DNA of 59,490 bases, filler included, from Sphacelaria rigidula (GCA_964200075.2; 8 parts of 8 records of this genome joined end to end with filler, not necessarily neighbours in it); one strand, 5' to 3'; positions 1 to 12,527 are shown, counted from the whole stretch's first letter. Numbers and translations are program-made. The notes: generated by a model not told the origin, from the sequence alone.

Positions 1-540
1 AGTGGATTCTGGAGAAGTCCCTCACTGAATAGCCCTCTTGTCCAGATCGTCTGGCAGAGGCTACAGAAGCGGCCTAAGTAGCCTTAGAGGGAAATATAAA
101 CAGCAGAGGGAAATATGAGCATCATTCTTCTGGAAAAGGGACCGACTATGGCCTCTAAGGCATTTGTTGCGCCTCCGGAGGACATAGCCGTGCAGTATCA
201 CCCGCCGTTCACAGATGGAATTGCAAACCCGAAAATACTTATTCCCAGCTGTAATACCACCACAATAACCCTGCAGCGATGAGCACGAGTCGGGTACAGG
301 GATATAGATACACACTACAGTATTTGGGTATGGTGTATATCTTGTTGGTGAACTTTAAGCTTGTGCATCTTCTTTACACCCTGGACAATAAAAGGCATCT
401 ATTGCGGTAGCAATAGAACTCACCGTAATAGACGAGTATATTTCCGATCGTTATGGCTATCAACGATGGAATTTCTCCGTCCATTGCCCTGACCGTGTGT
501 ATTGACACAAGAAAATGAAACCCATTGCTGGTGAGCATGT

Positions 541-959
541 AACAGACAATTCCATAAAACGGCGTTCATCAATTAAATGAGGTTCGAGCCCAAAACAGTG
601 CTTTCTCCACACTTTGAGCGATGGTGCCCGATGACTTTCTTGTCGGCCTAATGCCCCTCGATCGCGTAGATACTTTTTCAGCGCACTTTACCGACTCTGT
701 GAGCTTACAGCGCTGACCGAAACTACTGATTTCCCTGATATCACCCCCCCCCCCTAGAAAATAAGTAGAAATGGCGGTTTCGGACAGCGCTCCAAGTTCA
801 CAGAGTCGATAAAATGCGCTGAAGAAGAATCTACGCGATTGAGGGGCATTAGGCCGACAAAAAAGCCATTAGGCACCATCGCTGAAAGTGTGGAGAAAGT
901 ACTGTTTTGGGCTCGAACCTCATTTCATTGATGAACCTCATTTTGTAGAATCCTCTGTT
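541..959. mobile_element. Foldback MITE with AACAG...CTGTT termini
   Basis: 541-~730 is an imperfect reverse complement of ~770-959 (atgaggttcgagcccaaaacagt / actgttttgggctcgaacctcat). Flanks are ATGT/ATTT, a 4-bp TSD with 1 mismatch. A partial copy lies at ~36943-37140. Confidence 0.85.
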
Positions 960-1437
960 ATTTCGTTCCGTTTGATATTACACGGGCAGTGCAATGTTCA
1001 ATCACAATCACGGTTCATAGATTGATCTCACCGATATATACAGCACAGGGCAAGCGTCATCCAAGCGCGGTATCCCGCAAAACAGCCAATCAATCCAAAC
1101 GGATAGCATGATGTCTTCATCATAGGCGTCATTCCCTTTCCTTTATTGGTGGCGTTGAAACTCAATCAGGCTTCAGCTTTTCTTCGTCTCATCAAGAACA
1201 CTGAAACACTGAGGCATTCACCCGGTTCGATCCAGTCCATAAAAAGGAACTCAATCCAACTGGTTGCAAGGAGGCCTGTTTGTAACCGTCGCGAACGGAC
1301 ACACCGATCTCACCTCTGATTGGGATACCTGCCGGTCCGCAATCAGCCATCCGGGTATAGCTAGTCGAATAACTGGCACATGATCGTACTGACCCTCCAC
1401 CACTACGCCGCGATTCAAAACAAACAATTCCGAATCC

Positions 1438-2996
1438 GACAGGGTTGCGGAGCATGGTCTAGGTATTATTCAAAAAGCAGCACTTGCAGCTAGGACCCAG
1501 GCCTCAATTTCCTTCCCGCACGTTCGCTTTCCACCAACGGAGCCACTATGGACGGAGGTGATGCACTGGGCTTCCGATGCCCTAAATCATACTGCTACGG
1601 TAGCGAACCCGCAGCACAAGTCGCCGCACGCAATGTGGCACGGAACTGTGAAGCCCGTGACACCGCATCCTTTTTTGCGAGCTTGCTACTGCAGGTGGAA
1701 TCGCCCATCGAAGCTGTTCTCCCAGGCCGGAAGCGGTTTCTATATCGGGCTGGGAATCGACCACCTGGGTGACTCTCTGCGCATCGTGACGCGAGCGAAC
1801 CATGTTGTAGAGACGAGAGACGTCACCTGGGAGGCGTCGCCAATACAGGGGGTAGCACCACCTGCGACCTCTGCACGCGAAACGCCGGAAATTTATAGCA
1901 ACAAGGAGTCGACTCAGGGATAGTCCAAGTTCACGTCACCGTCGCGTGTACCTTTCATTGGGAGGGGAATTCCTCACCGATGCCGCACAGCTCCGACGGT
2001 GACTCGAGCAAGAGAATCAGAAGATGAGCGAACGCCTTCAACCCCTGCCGACAATTCAGACTTCAACGTTTCTCTGCCATTGCTGGATGTTGACTCAATG
2101 CGGAGCACTACGTCGTCTGAGGAAGAAAGCGAGGCATCATCTTCCAAAGGCAGCACCCCAACGCCCACAGCGGCAAGGACAGCAGCTCGTCAACTCAGCT
2201 CACACATACCCGATCTGCGTGATAGTGATGAGATTCGGGAGCGTAGAACGCAAGCCCAGAAAAGGATCCTTCAACAACAAAACACCGACGGCTTAACCGC
2301 CATGCTGGGGTCCAATGAGGGGGGTCAGGTGGTTCATATCTTGATGGCGGGACAGATGGAGAAATCGAACGGACTCCCAACGTGCTCGAGGAAGGAGGTG
2401 GAACCAGAGCCGACATCCTATGTTGCAGTGTGCAAACCTCAGTAATCCTGAAGTTTCAAAAAAGTCGATGGAAGCAGAGTTTGCTGGCTTGGTAGCAGCA
2501 GGAACATTCCGTGTAGTTCCAGAAGTACTACGTGACTGCAACATAGTAGTGTCTCGGTGTGTTTACAAGAGGTACCTTGATGCCCATGGACGAATTAAAA
2601 GAGCTAAGTCGCGATTGGTAGGCAAGGAGTACAGTCAGATAGAAGGTGTGGATTACTTTCAGACTTACACCCCCACTGCGTCGCCTGCTGTAAACAGACT
2701 GATGGCTATTCTTACGTGTACGCTTGACTGGGATTTCAGACATTTTGAAGTGGAACAAGCTTTCGTTCAGCCAGATTTGGACGCTGAAATGTTTCTGGAT
2801 CTTCCCCCCGGTTGTGGTTCAATGACAGGTCAAGTTGTTAGACTAAACAGATCGGTCTATGGCTTAAAGCAAGCTAGCCAAACGTTGTAAGAACTGCTAG
2901 TATTAAGCTTCAAAAACATCGGATTTGAGCGATTTCTGGTTGATTCATGTGTGCTACGACTTACCGTAGGTGATGAAATGGTTGCAATGATGGTGG
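1438..2996 (+). pseudogene. Ty1/copia pol fragment: integrase C-half, linker, N-half of RT (stops and frameshifts)
   Basis: RVAEHGLGIIQKAALAAR...HWASDALNHTAT...VVETRDVTWE (IN); KRAKSRLVGKEYSQIEGVDYFQTYTP...FEVEQAFVQ...LNRSVYGLKQAS (copia RT). Ends just before the expected catalytic xVDD motif. Confidence 0.9.
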
Positions 2997-3914
2997 AGGG
3001 CATTAGTTCAGGCCCGCTTACAGCCATGCTACGGTAGGGGTGCACTTTTTTCGCAAAATCTTGTCTGGTTGAGGGGATCCTAACGATTCTAGATACACGA
3101 GAATATTGGTCACGGCATCCCCGCTTGCAAACTTTATTCGGGATACCCCCAGCATAGTGGAATAGTAATCCTGGTGCGCTCTCACATATTTCACAACTTG
3201 TGTTTTGAATGAGATGAAGGGCTCCTAGCAATTCCAGACTCGGAAAATATTAGTGCGCTCCTACCGTAGTATCACTCCTTAGGTCTACAAGCACTCTGCC
3301 TAATTTTTCTTACCCACCCGAGTATGTGTTCTGCTATCAATTGGTTTACGAGAGCCTTTTGCCACTGAACAGCCTATACAAGGCTTTAGCTCTCCACACA
3401 AATTTACACCAAGTGATTTCTCTATCTGGTTCAACATGAATCTGTTCAAATGTCCATACAAACAGTGAAAATCATTAACATCAATACGCGTGGGCGATGC
3501 GGAATTACCGGAGGCAAGAACTGGAACAACAGTGGGAGGGACATTAGGAAAGTGCTTCACCTGAACTTCCATCATGGGCAAGACTTCTGAGGAGAAAATG
3601 ACGCCATTGCAGTCTATCCGGTAGCCGAGCTTACAACAGGATGCACCATCGAACGGAAACTTGACTCTGCCATACAGAAGATTGATCGTGACCTCATCTC
3701 GCTCTGGTTCGAAATGACATTTTATCTGGTGAGCAGCAACCAAAGAGAACAAATTGAATTTCAACTCTGGTACATGAGCAATATCTTCAAGCCTCAATGT
3801 CGCATTTCTTGTTTCAATCGGAAAAACAACAGTTATAGTACCGACGCAGTCAGCATCAATTAAAGGCGCATTTTTAATCCTGACCCCATCATTGGATGGA
3901 TGAGTATTACACAT
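2996..3914 (-). pseudogene. Ty1/copia pol fragment: protease C-part, GAG-pre-integrase HHCC finger, start of integrase
   Basis: LEDIAHVPELKFNLFSL; FHCLYGH...CIGCSVAKG; GRVLVDL[insertion]SGPELMPS. Confidence 0.85.
3021..3277. mobile_element. MITE with GAG-type TIR and 4-bp TSD (Sola-like), inserted in the copia integrase
   Basis: Left end cagccatgctacggtaggggtgcact versus reverse complement of the right end gagtgatactacggtaggagcgcact. CTTA at 3017-3020 and 3278-3281. Removing it restores VDLSGP. Confidence 0.75.
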
Positions 3915-4774
3915 CAGGTCGTTGTGTGGAGGATATATCTTTGCAGTGACATATCAGAGACTGATGCCACACGTGTATGAAGAACTAGCGCAAGTAGGGA
4001 CAAGGTAGGAACGGTCCGGGAGGACGAGATCACCGAGGACCCTGTAATGCCGACGTAGCTAGACCACTCGGGATGATGCCAGGAAGAGCCTAATAGTAGG
4101 ACGGTCCAACATCCCCCGAGGTCTCGGTCGCCCCAGGCGACCACTCCTAGTCTGACCCCACTTCTTGCCTACATACACAAGAGGAAATCATCGCCAGCCT
4201 CGGAGTTCCTTCGGCATCAGGACGGCAGTCTCCCCCGTAGGTCTCTGACCACTCTAGCGAAATGCCTTCCTCACACTGGCGACACCACAACAGAACTCGA
4301 GCAAGATAGGCCTTAGAAGTAAAAAATTGGAACGAGAACCGACTGCTCCCCGTCACCGGAAACACCAGGGTCCCCCAAGGAACGCTACTCCAGGTGAAGC
4401 GTATGGGTCATGTGCTCAATTATTCGAGTTGAGAGATTATTGGAGTCATGTGTTTGGATCAACGCGAAATTTTCCCCCTCAATGTACTTATATGTCACCC
4501 GCATGACTAATCGAAGTGTGAAACGCGAAGTTAGACTCCTCAGGGTGCAGTTTATGCCACCTGTACGGCTATAATCAAACAGCGAAAAAGCGAAATTAGT
4601 CTCATCAGCGTGCATTATACGTCACCCGAAGGGTTGATTAAACAGCGAATCCACACTCATCGACCAACCTTCCACCACCATCGCGCGAAAGGCACGGCAA
4701 TAAATCAAGCAGGCCGGCCTCTCGAAACGCGGTGACTCGAAATAGCATTAACAAATAAGTTACCCAACCTGCGA

Positions 4775-7285
4775 ATGCACGACCTTGCCATCCCTTACCA
4801 TGTAGCGAGCGAAAAACAGAAGTGTATCGGATGGTCTTACCGCATCCCAGCCCACGAGCTGGGAGAAATTGAAAAGCACAGACAGTTCAAGATCCCACAA
4901 CTCATCACGCATGAAATGGAGAAAAGTGTTAACCGTCCGATGAAAAAAACATATCGGAGGAATTCAAGTTTCTCGGTCAGTACAGTAACTCGTTCCTCCA
5001 GAGGGGCACTAAAACAGCCCTCAGTTGTGGTGTGAAAGTACATACTAGGAGCAGGAGCTGAAAAGAGCACGATGAGGGGTGGTTCCTAAGCAGCCGTCAG
5101 AGCAGCCGTGGAAAAGGTAATACACCACACAAAGGGCCATCGTCGCCGAAATTGAAGCTCAGCTTGTTAAGGCTCTCATCATGCTACATTCTCCGCCGTA
5201 CCCCAATGAATCGGTAACGTTAAATTCCGCGCGGAAAAAAAATTCAACCGGCACCCAGAAAAACAGCGATGTTATAAACAGGAGCTGTTGATTCCAAATC
5301 GAAACACCAGTCTCCCCTTTTCAACCCGATCTCGGACGATCACTGTTATGACTCATACAACGCATCATCACCCGCCAAGTATACAGATGCGCCCCTAGCG
5401 CTATCCTATGCACCACCCCGCGTTAGAGTAGCAGCCAGAGTAGACGGTACCCTTGCTGGAAAAACTCACAATCGATTCCGCAGCAGATGTACCGTGTATC
5501 AGCAAAAGTTCATGGATGAACAACAGGCCACCATGGCGACTGATGATTCAAAAAGTAGTACCGCTAGGACCCATCGATCTCAGAAGCGCGGATGGTTCCC
5601 CCATAAAATGGCAGCATTAGTTGAAACTAAAAATACCCCGTCAACAACAACAACAGCTGTCGTGGAGCCGCACATAATAACCGAGGAAGACAATCGATCG
5701 CCTGGTGTACCTCAAGCATTCACGCGCATCATTGCTTCAAGAATAGCATGCATGCAGTCGACGAATAAAACGGAAATGGTACAAATCACCAACCCGTTGG
5801 GCCGACATGTAAACCTCGGAAATACCTTCATGGTAATGATGAGAGACAAAAACCGGAAAAACTTCATGTTATTCCGCACATCCTCTCACGGTCGTTTGCG
5901 CTACTCAAGAGCGACGAGAAACTGAAATCAGATCGTCGCTTACCCAAATATGTGGTAACGGGCCAAAAGACCATGCGTTACGAATAGCCGAACCACAGAT
6001 CACCGTCAAATATCAGCTAAGAAGCTCCACCGTTTTAAACTAGTGCGAAGTGGCCGAGAGCTGTCAGTCAACCGCAGGAAAAAAATTAAAAAGAGCGAAG
6101 ACGGGAATGCGCACACTATGTCAGGGTTACCAACCCCGGGAAAACGGTCCACAACCGGCCAAAATTGGCCGATGGGACACGTTATGGTAGGACGGCTATA
6201 CGAAAGAGTGCCGACAGACCTAGTCGAATACGAAAACAGCTTCGAGGTCAAAAGCTGGAGTACTAGATAGGTACTGTCCGTATTGGACCACCTCACAAGG
6301 TATGCTTTGCTCATTCAGGTGCCGAAAAAATGGACCCCACAGATGTAGCCAAGACTATAATTGACAGAGTTTTTACTGCATTTAGCATCCCGGGAAAGCT
6401 GCGTTCGAATTAAAGAATCGAAATCGCAAGCTAAGATATGCATGGAAATATGAGCTAGGTTTCAATGAACATTGCACGGCACTTTTACACCCGCAAAGTA
6501 ATTCGGTGTCGGAACGAATCCACTCCACTATGCACGCGATGTTAGCTATGCATCGGTCAATTTGAAACAAAAACTGGGCACCCATGCTTCCTTTCATTCA
6601 AATGGCGTACAACACATCCTATCACAGTACAGTACAGGAGATACCGTATTTTTTATTGTTCGGAAGACAGCCCAGATCATCAATTGACATTATACCCGGG
6701 ATACCTGAAGTGAGCCAAGCAGCAACACCCTAAGAATTTTCCAAAGAAACACGGGAAAACCTACAGTTTGGATTCGAAATTGCGAGACAAGCCCTACGGG
6801 AAAGAGCGGTCGAGCAAGAAAACAAGAACAAATTCAAATCTTTCCCGGTGTTTAAACCCGGTCAAAAGGTACTCTTGTATCCACCATACCAGGACTGAGG
6901 AAGGCCGAGCCCGAAGCTCCAATTTTCATGGAGAGGACATTTCATGGTAACCGAGAGACGTTCGCCGGTTGTGTTCATAATCAAAATAGGCGACGACTCT
7001 AGAGGAACGTCAGTACATCTTGCTCAGTTGAAGAAAAATCACCCGCGAGAAACAGCGCCGGCACCAGACTTTGATAAAAGGTTAGCTGAATGCTTACATC
7101 CGGACTCGGAATCCAAAAATACAGGGAAACGGAAATGGATGTGACTGTTTAACAGACTGTTCGAGCGTCCCAGCAACACGTTCATGGGTTGAGCAGTAAG
7201 CTGAGGTCAAAATTCGGAGATTAATGAGACTCAAAAGCTACAGCCCAGCAGCTGACGTAAACTATCGAGCTGACGAAACAACACA
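4775..7285 (+). pseudogene. Highly decayed Ty3/gypsy element: gag-like region, protease, integrase, chromodomain-like tail; RT/RNase H not recognisable
   Basis: TIDSAADVPCIS at ~5470 (protease); RLYERVPTDLVEY, VLSVLDHLTRYALL, HPQSNSVSERIHST, WAPMLPFIQMAYNTSYHST, PYFLLFGRQPR, SVHLAQLK (integrase); RLKSYSPAAD near 7230. Confidence 0.8.
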
Positions 7286-7349
7286 AAACAGCCGATCCTA
7301 ATTTTTGGGGTTGAAACAAAATATGAGGTTGAAGTCCCATCCCTCCATT

Positions 7350-7449
7350 NNNNNNNNNNNNNNNNNNNNNNNNNNNNNNNNNNNNNNNNNNNNTTAATTA
7401 ATTAANNNNNNNNNNNNNNNNNNNNNNNNNNNNNNNNNNNNNNNNNNNN
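7350..7449. other. Artificial contig linker; identical linkers at 14799-14898, 22248-22347, 29697-29796, 37146-37245, 44595-44694, 52043-52142
   Basis: N44-TTAATTAATTAA-N44, which has stops in all six frames, recurring every ~7449 bp. Confidence 0.98.
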
Positions 7450-7859
7450 TGATTATCTTGCATTTGGATGACAGCCTCCAATGAGTTGCTTTATTATCTG
7501 GTATCGCCACTTCCTGAGACAGCAACGGCTTATACACTGTCTCATGGGTGTCTCACCATTTAAACACTACGTAGTGCGATCATCCCCCTTGTGCGGAGTT
7601 GAGGTTCTCTCACGCCGCACAACAAAATCTAGCTCGACCAGCATCATGGTAGCCGCGAAAAAAACGCAAGTGCGCAAAAACAAAACGGTAACCTGGTTGC
7701 CTCGCTTACGCAGTGACTGACGTGTTTACTAGCGTCATCGCCAACCCACGCCACCCCATCGGGGGGCAGGGGGACTACTTGCATAATGGGAGCCGAAACG
7801 CTCACCAAGTCAACCATATGTGTTTCGGAACTTTCCCACGGAAGATTATTGGCCATGGA

Positions 7860-8139
7860 TCATATATTCCCCCAGTTGAAGTTGATGCCGATTCAACAGA
7901 TTATCTACTCTTGCTGTCTAAAGATTAACCCTTCGAAGTCGAGAGAGAGTAGGTAATTTGTTGAATCGGCATCAATTTCACTGGAGAGAAGTATAAATGA
8001 TCCAGATAGACTACCCCTCGCGGTCGAACGGTTGTCATCCCTAGACGGCGAGGATAGGTAATCTGTTAAATCGGCATCAATTTCACTTGAAATAATAATA
8101 CATGATCGAGATAGGATACTCTCGCGGCCCAGGGGTTGA
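7860..8139. mobile_element. Chain of ~3 piggyBac-like ~100-bp MITEs
   Basis: ttaaCCCTT-type starts, internal gttgaatcggcatcaatttcact motif, cgcggtc..agggttga ends; same family as 48960-50530. Confidence 0.7.
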
Positions 8140-8478
8140 TGCAAACCGGCATCACTTCGCCTCGCAGAAGACAACGTGATTCGTAGCAGTCGTACGCTCT
8201 ACCAAATATCACAGAAGACACCACGGCTCAGGGCATAGGGGTTGCATGATGCACTGAAGAACTATTTGTCATTGTGCTCAACGATACATGCTCCACCAGA
8301 CCACCAGCTTCTGGTAAACCCTCTAGCGCCGCACGTGTTCATTTGTAGAATCGACATCGTTATTACTTGAAAAGGGCCTGAAAATGATGCCTATCCCACA
8401 AATTCTTCTGGTGATGGATTCCCTGAGTGACATTTGCTGCGATAGCCCCCCCTGCCAAACAGTCGCTGGTTTGGAGAG

Positions 8479-8924
8479 AGCACGGGATTTTACAAATTGG
8501 GGATTGATATTTTATTGGGGATGAGAAACCCGAAGAAATAAAATCTTCGTATCCACACCAAATCTTCGAAATATGGTCCCATTTCTTCACCTACTGATAG
8601 CTATTGACAACTGCTACATGCCGTAAAAAAATGGGTTTCAATCCCCAAATGTTGGGGTCCTATGTGTAAAAACAATTTCGGAACCATTTTGGCGTCCGTT
8701 CGGACACCCAGAATCCCCCAAAATTGGTTTTTCACGTAGGACCCCAACATTTCGGTGATCGAAATCCAAATTTGTATGGCGTGTAGCAGTTGGCAAACAC
8801 TATCAGTAGGTGAGGAAATGAAACCATATTTCGAAGATTTGGTGTGAATACGAAGATTTTATTTCTTCGGGTTTCTCATCCCCAATAATAGAATAACCAT
8901 CCCCAATTTGTAAGATCCCGTGTT
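8479..8924. mobile_element. Foldback MITE AACACGGG...CCCGTGTT with 4-bp TSD AGAG
   Basis: ~200-bp inverted arms; the left end reads agcacggg. AGAG at 8475-8478 and 8925-8928. It interrupts a GACACTTTC-family copy starting at ~8429. Confidence 0.88.
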
Positions 8925-9132
8925 AGAGGCAAAATCTACACGTGAATCGAGATGAAATGAGCCGAGCATAACGAGCAGTTAATTTGTGGAATCGGCATCA
9001 TTTTCACTTGAAAAAAAAATGAGAATCAGGCCGACTCCACAGATAAATGAACACCTCCGGCGGTTGAAGGGTTGGGATTGGCGGCGTAGGACAAAGCACC
9101 CTTCGACTACGAGAGTCATAGGCTAGTCTCGG

Positions 9133-9458
9133 TGACACTTTCTGCGATAGCTCCCCCCCCGAAAGTGGCTGGTTTGGAGGGGCAAAACCTACACCACGTA
9201 AATCGAAACGAACGAAGCCGAGCACAACGAGCAGCTGATTCGTGGCATCGGCATCATTTTCACTTGAAAAATAGATAAGCCGAGCACAACGAGCGGCTGG
9301 GAAATCCCACGCGTGGGTTCGTTTTCGCCAATGTCGCCCATATAAAGCCCTTCGTGCAGCCTGAAATCAAACGTCAGGTGCTGTACAATCCTTTTCTCCG
9401 TGAAATGTTTAGGCTGGTTTGGAGGGGGAGGGGGAAGAAGCTATCGCAGAAAGTGCCT
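9133..9458. mobile_element. MITE with GACACTTTCTGCGATAGCT TIR and apparent 2-bp TSD
   Basis: Ends tgacactttctgcgatagct / agctatcgcagaaagtgcct, flanked by GG/GG. Homologous copies at 38336-38601, 56767-57027 and (partial) 8429-8980. Confidence 0.85.
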
Positions 9459-9559
9459 GGTGCCCGAGTGTTCACCATTTGCCTTCATCGGTGGGTTACG
9501 GTCGGGGTGAGGGTTAGAGTGTAGCTGAATCAGTCTATCAAAGATTTGGATGTATCGTA

Positions 9560-10192
9560 GAGAGACGAACTGACGACGAAATCGAATCCTTCCACCGCCT
9601 CTTCTTGTTGAATACGAATCATTTTCAGGTTTCCTTCAAGTAAAAAAAAAACAGTGGCAGTCACTGGCACGAAAGGGGGGTCAAACGACTGAGAACGTCA
9701 CTGGTACTGGAGAGACATGCAGGTTCCGTTGCATTGACGGGTGAAGAGTACGTCACGGGTGCCGGGGAAATATGGTGCGTTAGATTTTCATGAGAAACGT
9801 CAAACGGCTCGGGACGTCACTGGTGTTGGAGGTTCTGGGCGTTCAACTGCCAGGAGGAGAAAAAAGTAAAAAGTGCCACGGAAACAGATTGCGGTAATTC
9901 CGAGTAGGGAAACGTCAGATTGCGGTCGCTAGGGAAGTCACTGGTCCCAGAGTAAATTCCGCCGAGAAACGGGCAAATTCTGCGAGGGGAAACGGGAAAA
10001 TGTGGATATAGGGCAAATTCCTCAAAAAACCACGGGAGAGAATGAATGGAATAATTCTGGCCGCTGGTGCGTCGGACTTCGGAGGAATGGTGCGCTGTCA
10101 GGCAGGCCCTGTGATTGTTGCAACAGCGTCCAGAGACCCGGAATGCGGACAAACTTAATAAATAAGAACAATATATATATATATATATATCA
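9560..10192 (+). repeat. Dispersed ~0.65-0.75 kb repeat ending in (TA)n; inverted copy at ~47350-48090
   Basis: ggccgctggtgcgtcggacttcggaggaatggtgcgct matches the reverse complement at ~47440-47477. Internal gtcactgg sub-repeats occur in both copies. Confidence 0.75.
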
Positions 10193-10247
10193 ATCTTCCG
10201 CAGTTTTTCTTTGTTTTATCGCCTAGCGAGATCCCACACGAAGATTC

Positions 10248-10705
10248 AAGGCATAAGTACCAAACCTGGGCCGGTAAACGGCCTTGAAATTATCGTTCCG
10301 AATTTCGCCCGACCCGGTTCCTAAATCGCCGTTTCTCACCTCAATTTTGCGAGTTAGGCTTCGAAATTTGGAAGGGGGGGCGTACTCATTTGTTGCTTGC
10401 CTTAGTCGTTTGACCATTGAAATTTGGTCGGGAGGAAGAATAGGGCATGCTCAAGCGCTGTCGCGCGGGACGCTTTTTTTTCTTCTCTTCTGTCAGTTAA
10501 GGGCAATAATCAGTGTCTAGATATCAGGAAAACACCGTCAACTCACGAAAAAGACGAAAAGCATTGTCGTCCCGCGCGACAGCGTTTTAGCATGCCCTAT
10601 TCTTCCTCCCTCCTAACTTTCGAAGTCTAACTCGCAAAATTGAGGTGAGACGGGGTCTGCAGTTACAAATTCGCGTCTTGGCCGGCCCAACCTGTACTTT
10701 TGCGG
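10248..10705. mobile_element. Degenerate foldback MITE
   Basis: tctcacctcaattttgcgagttag / ctaactcgcaaaattgaggtgaga and gaagaatagggcatgct / agcatgccctattcttc are inverted pairs. Confidence 0.7.
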
Positions 10706-10720
10706 CATTACTACCTCGTA

Positions 10721-10998
10721 GTGTCAGGTTGGCTCGTGGGTTCAAATCGCGACTTTGTCGTGGGTACACAAATTTCGACCTAACGGTCAACGAGGAAAGG
10801 GACTGCTGAACCCCCCTCGCGATAAAAAATAAAAGGTAAGCACCGCAGAAGGAAGGTGGGGTACTAAAAAAAAACAAAAAAGAAAGAACTCCTGTGTTGA
10901 TCTTCCTCCTGTGTGACCCCGGCTGGTGCGCCCACATATACCGAAAGGTGCAGACCGGCGTCCAGAATAGGTGGGACGACAACACACAACACACACTT
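10721..10998 (+). mobile_element. tRNA-derived SINE, 5'-truncated copy
   Basis: B-box-like gggttcaaatc; body homologous to 23823-24188; AC-rich tail. Confidence 0.75.
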
Positions 10999-11224
10999 TC
11001 AACGCTACTGTCTGCACGCTACAGTGCCCTCTGTTGTACATGGAATGATGGTTCTCGCGTAGTGCAACGCGAGCCGATAAGATAGACCTCATCATTAAGC
11101 TGGTCCGTTGTTTCCCAAACGAACACTATGTCTGCCTAGGTATTAGTTTGCATATGTTGTGCTTGCACAGAAATCGGAAAACTGATGAAGTCACTGACTT
11201 ATGTTGTGTGCCTTATATTGTGAG

Positions 11225-11515
11225 GTACAGCTCACCCGGCCAGATCTTGCACCGGTGGATAATATTATCTAACTCACCTGACCATAATATGCACCGCTGA
11301 GTTATCTCTATACCTCACACGGCCAGAATGTGGACCACTGAGTTACGTTGTATAACGTACCTGAACATGATCTGCAACGTTGAATTATGTGGTGTAACCC
11401 ACCCGACGAGAATATTTACCGCTGACTTATGTTCTGCAACTGAACCGGCCAGCATATGCACCCATGAGTTATGTTGCTAAACCTCACCCGGCAGAACATA
11501 CACCGATGAGCACGG
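11225..11515. repeat. Degenerate minisatellite, ~7 units of ~41-42 bp
   Basis: Recurring ctcacccggccagaatatgcaccgctgagttatgtt-like unit. Confidence 0.75.
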
Positions 11516-12527
11516 TTTGAGTGTATGTTCCGATCGAGAGTGCACAGCACACCTCGAGACAACTCTCCGTACTTTTATCTGGCTAAAATGTTCTACGCGC
11601 ACCTGAAGAGAACTCTGCATTTCATCCTTACGAGCTGGGCCAGCCTAGACATGGATTCAAGCTCTCGAAGCATTATCTCGTCGACACGGACGAGTTGGGC
11701 CATGATCCGCATATTGTATTACTCCTCCCACCAAGGGGAGGGTCCCCATCTGCTCAAACGTTTGGGTCATTTTTTCTCGGTGTTTCAACCCCATGTCTAA
11801 TAATTCTCATCCCTAACGGAGATGGCGTCCTTGCTAAAATTTCTATGAAACCCCCAATCGATGCATTCAGCGGATGACGAATTTTGGTGTGGAGATTACC
11901 GGGAGCAAGGGGAAACGATAGATACCCTCACCTTCACCCAATTCGTAATCTATCTCGAGGTATGGCGCACATAAGTTCTCATACGAAAACCAGTATATTA
12001 CGAGCAGAGGCACTAGATGAACTAAACCTCGATATCGCGTCTCAGGTTTGAGAGTTATGCTATAAAATTTCGTTTTAACAACCGTTAGTGCATATGGTAA
12101 AGCTTAACAAAACAGCCTTTCCGATTTTCACGTTTTTTTCTACATTTTTTTGGGGGCGGGGTTGGAGCAGTTTTGAAGAGAAATGAACACCGCTCTTGTC
12201 CCCCATCTCATATTTTTGGCTCAATTTTTAGAACTGTGATCTGAAACTCATGATAAAAAACCACAGACGTGTGCTGAATAATTGTAAAAAAAGGGGCCCT
12301 CAACTGTTTTTTCTGGGAGAGGTTCGGATGTTCTCGTGAAGAAGTAGTCTTTTCCATACTTGAACGCCCTAACCAGTGGGGAATTTTTTTTTGACCCACT
12401 TTGTTTCGTTAATTGTGCCCCAGTCACGGCCCACACAAAGTTTCAACATACAAACACCAAACGTGGGCCGGTAAGTGGGCTGCATAATGCTTTCCCGAAT
12501 TTATCCTGACCTCTCACTAAACGAACG

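Noticed and set aside
3030..3268. Tc1/mariner MITE with TA TSD (CGGTAGG...CCTACCG)
   Set aside because: Longer TIRs and a CTTA TSD restore the host frame, so the TA is internal
7394..7405. TTAATTAATTAA inside N runs as a biological motif
   Set aside because: It is an artificial six-frame-stop linker
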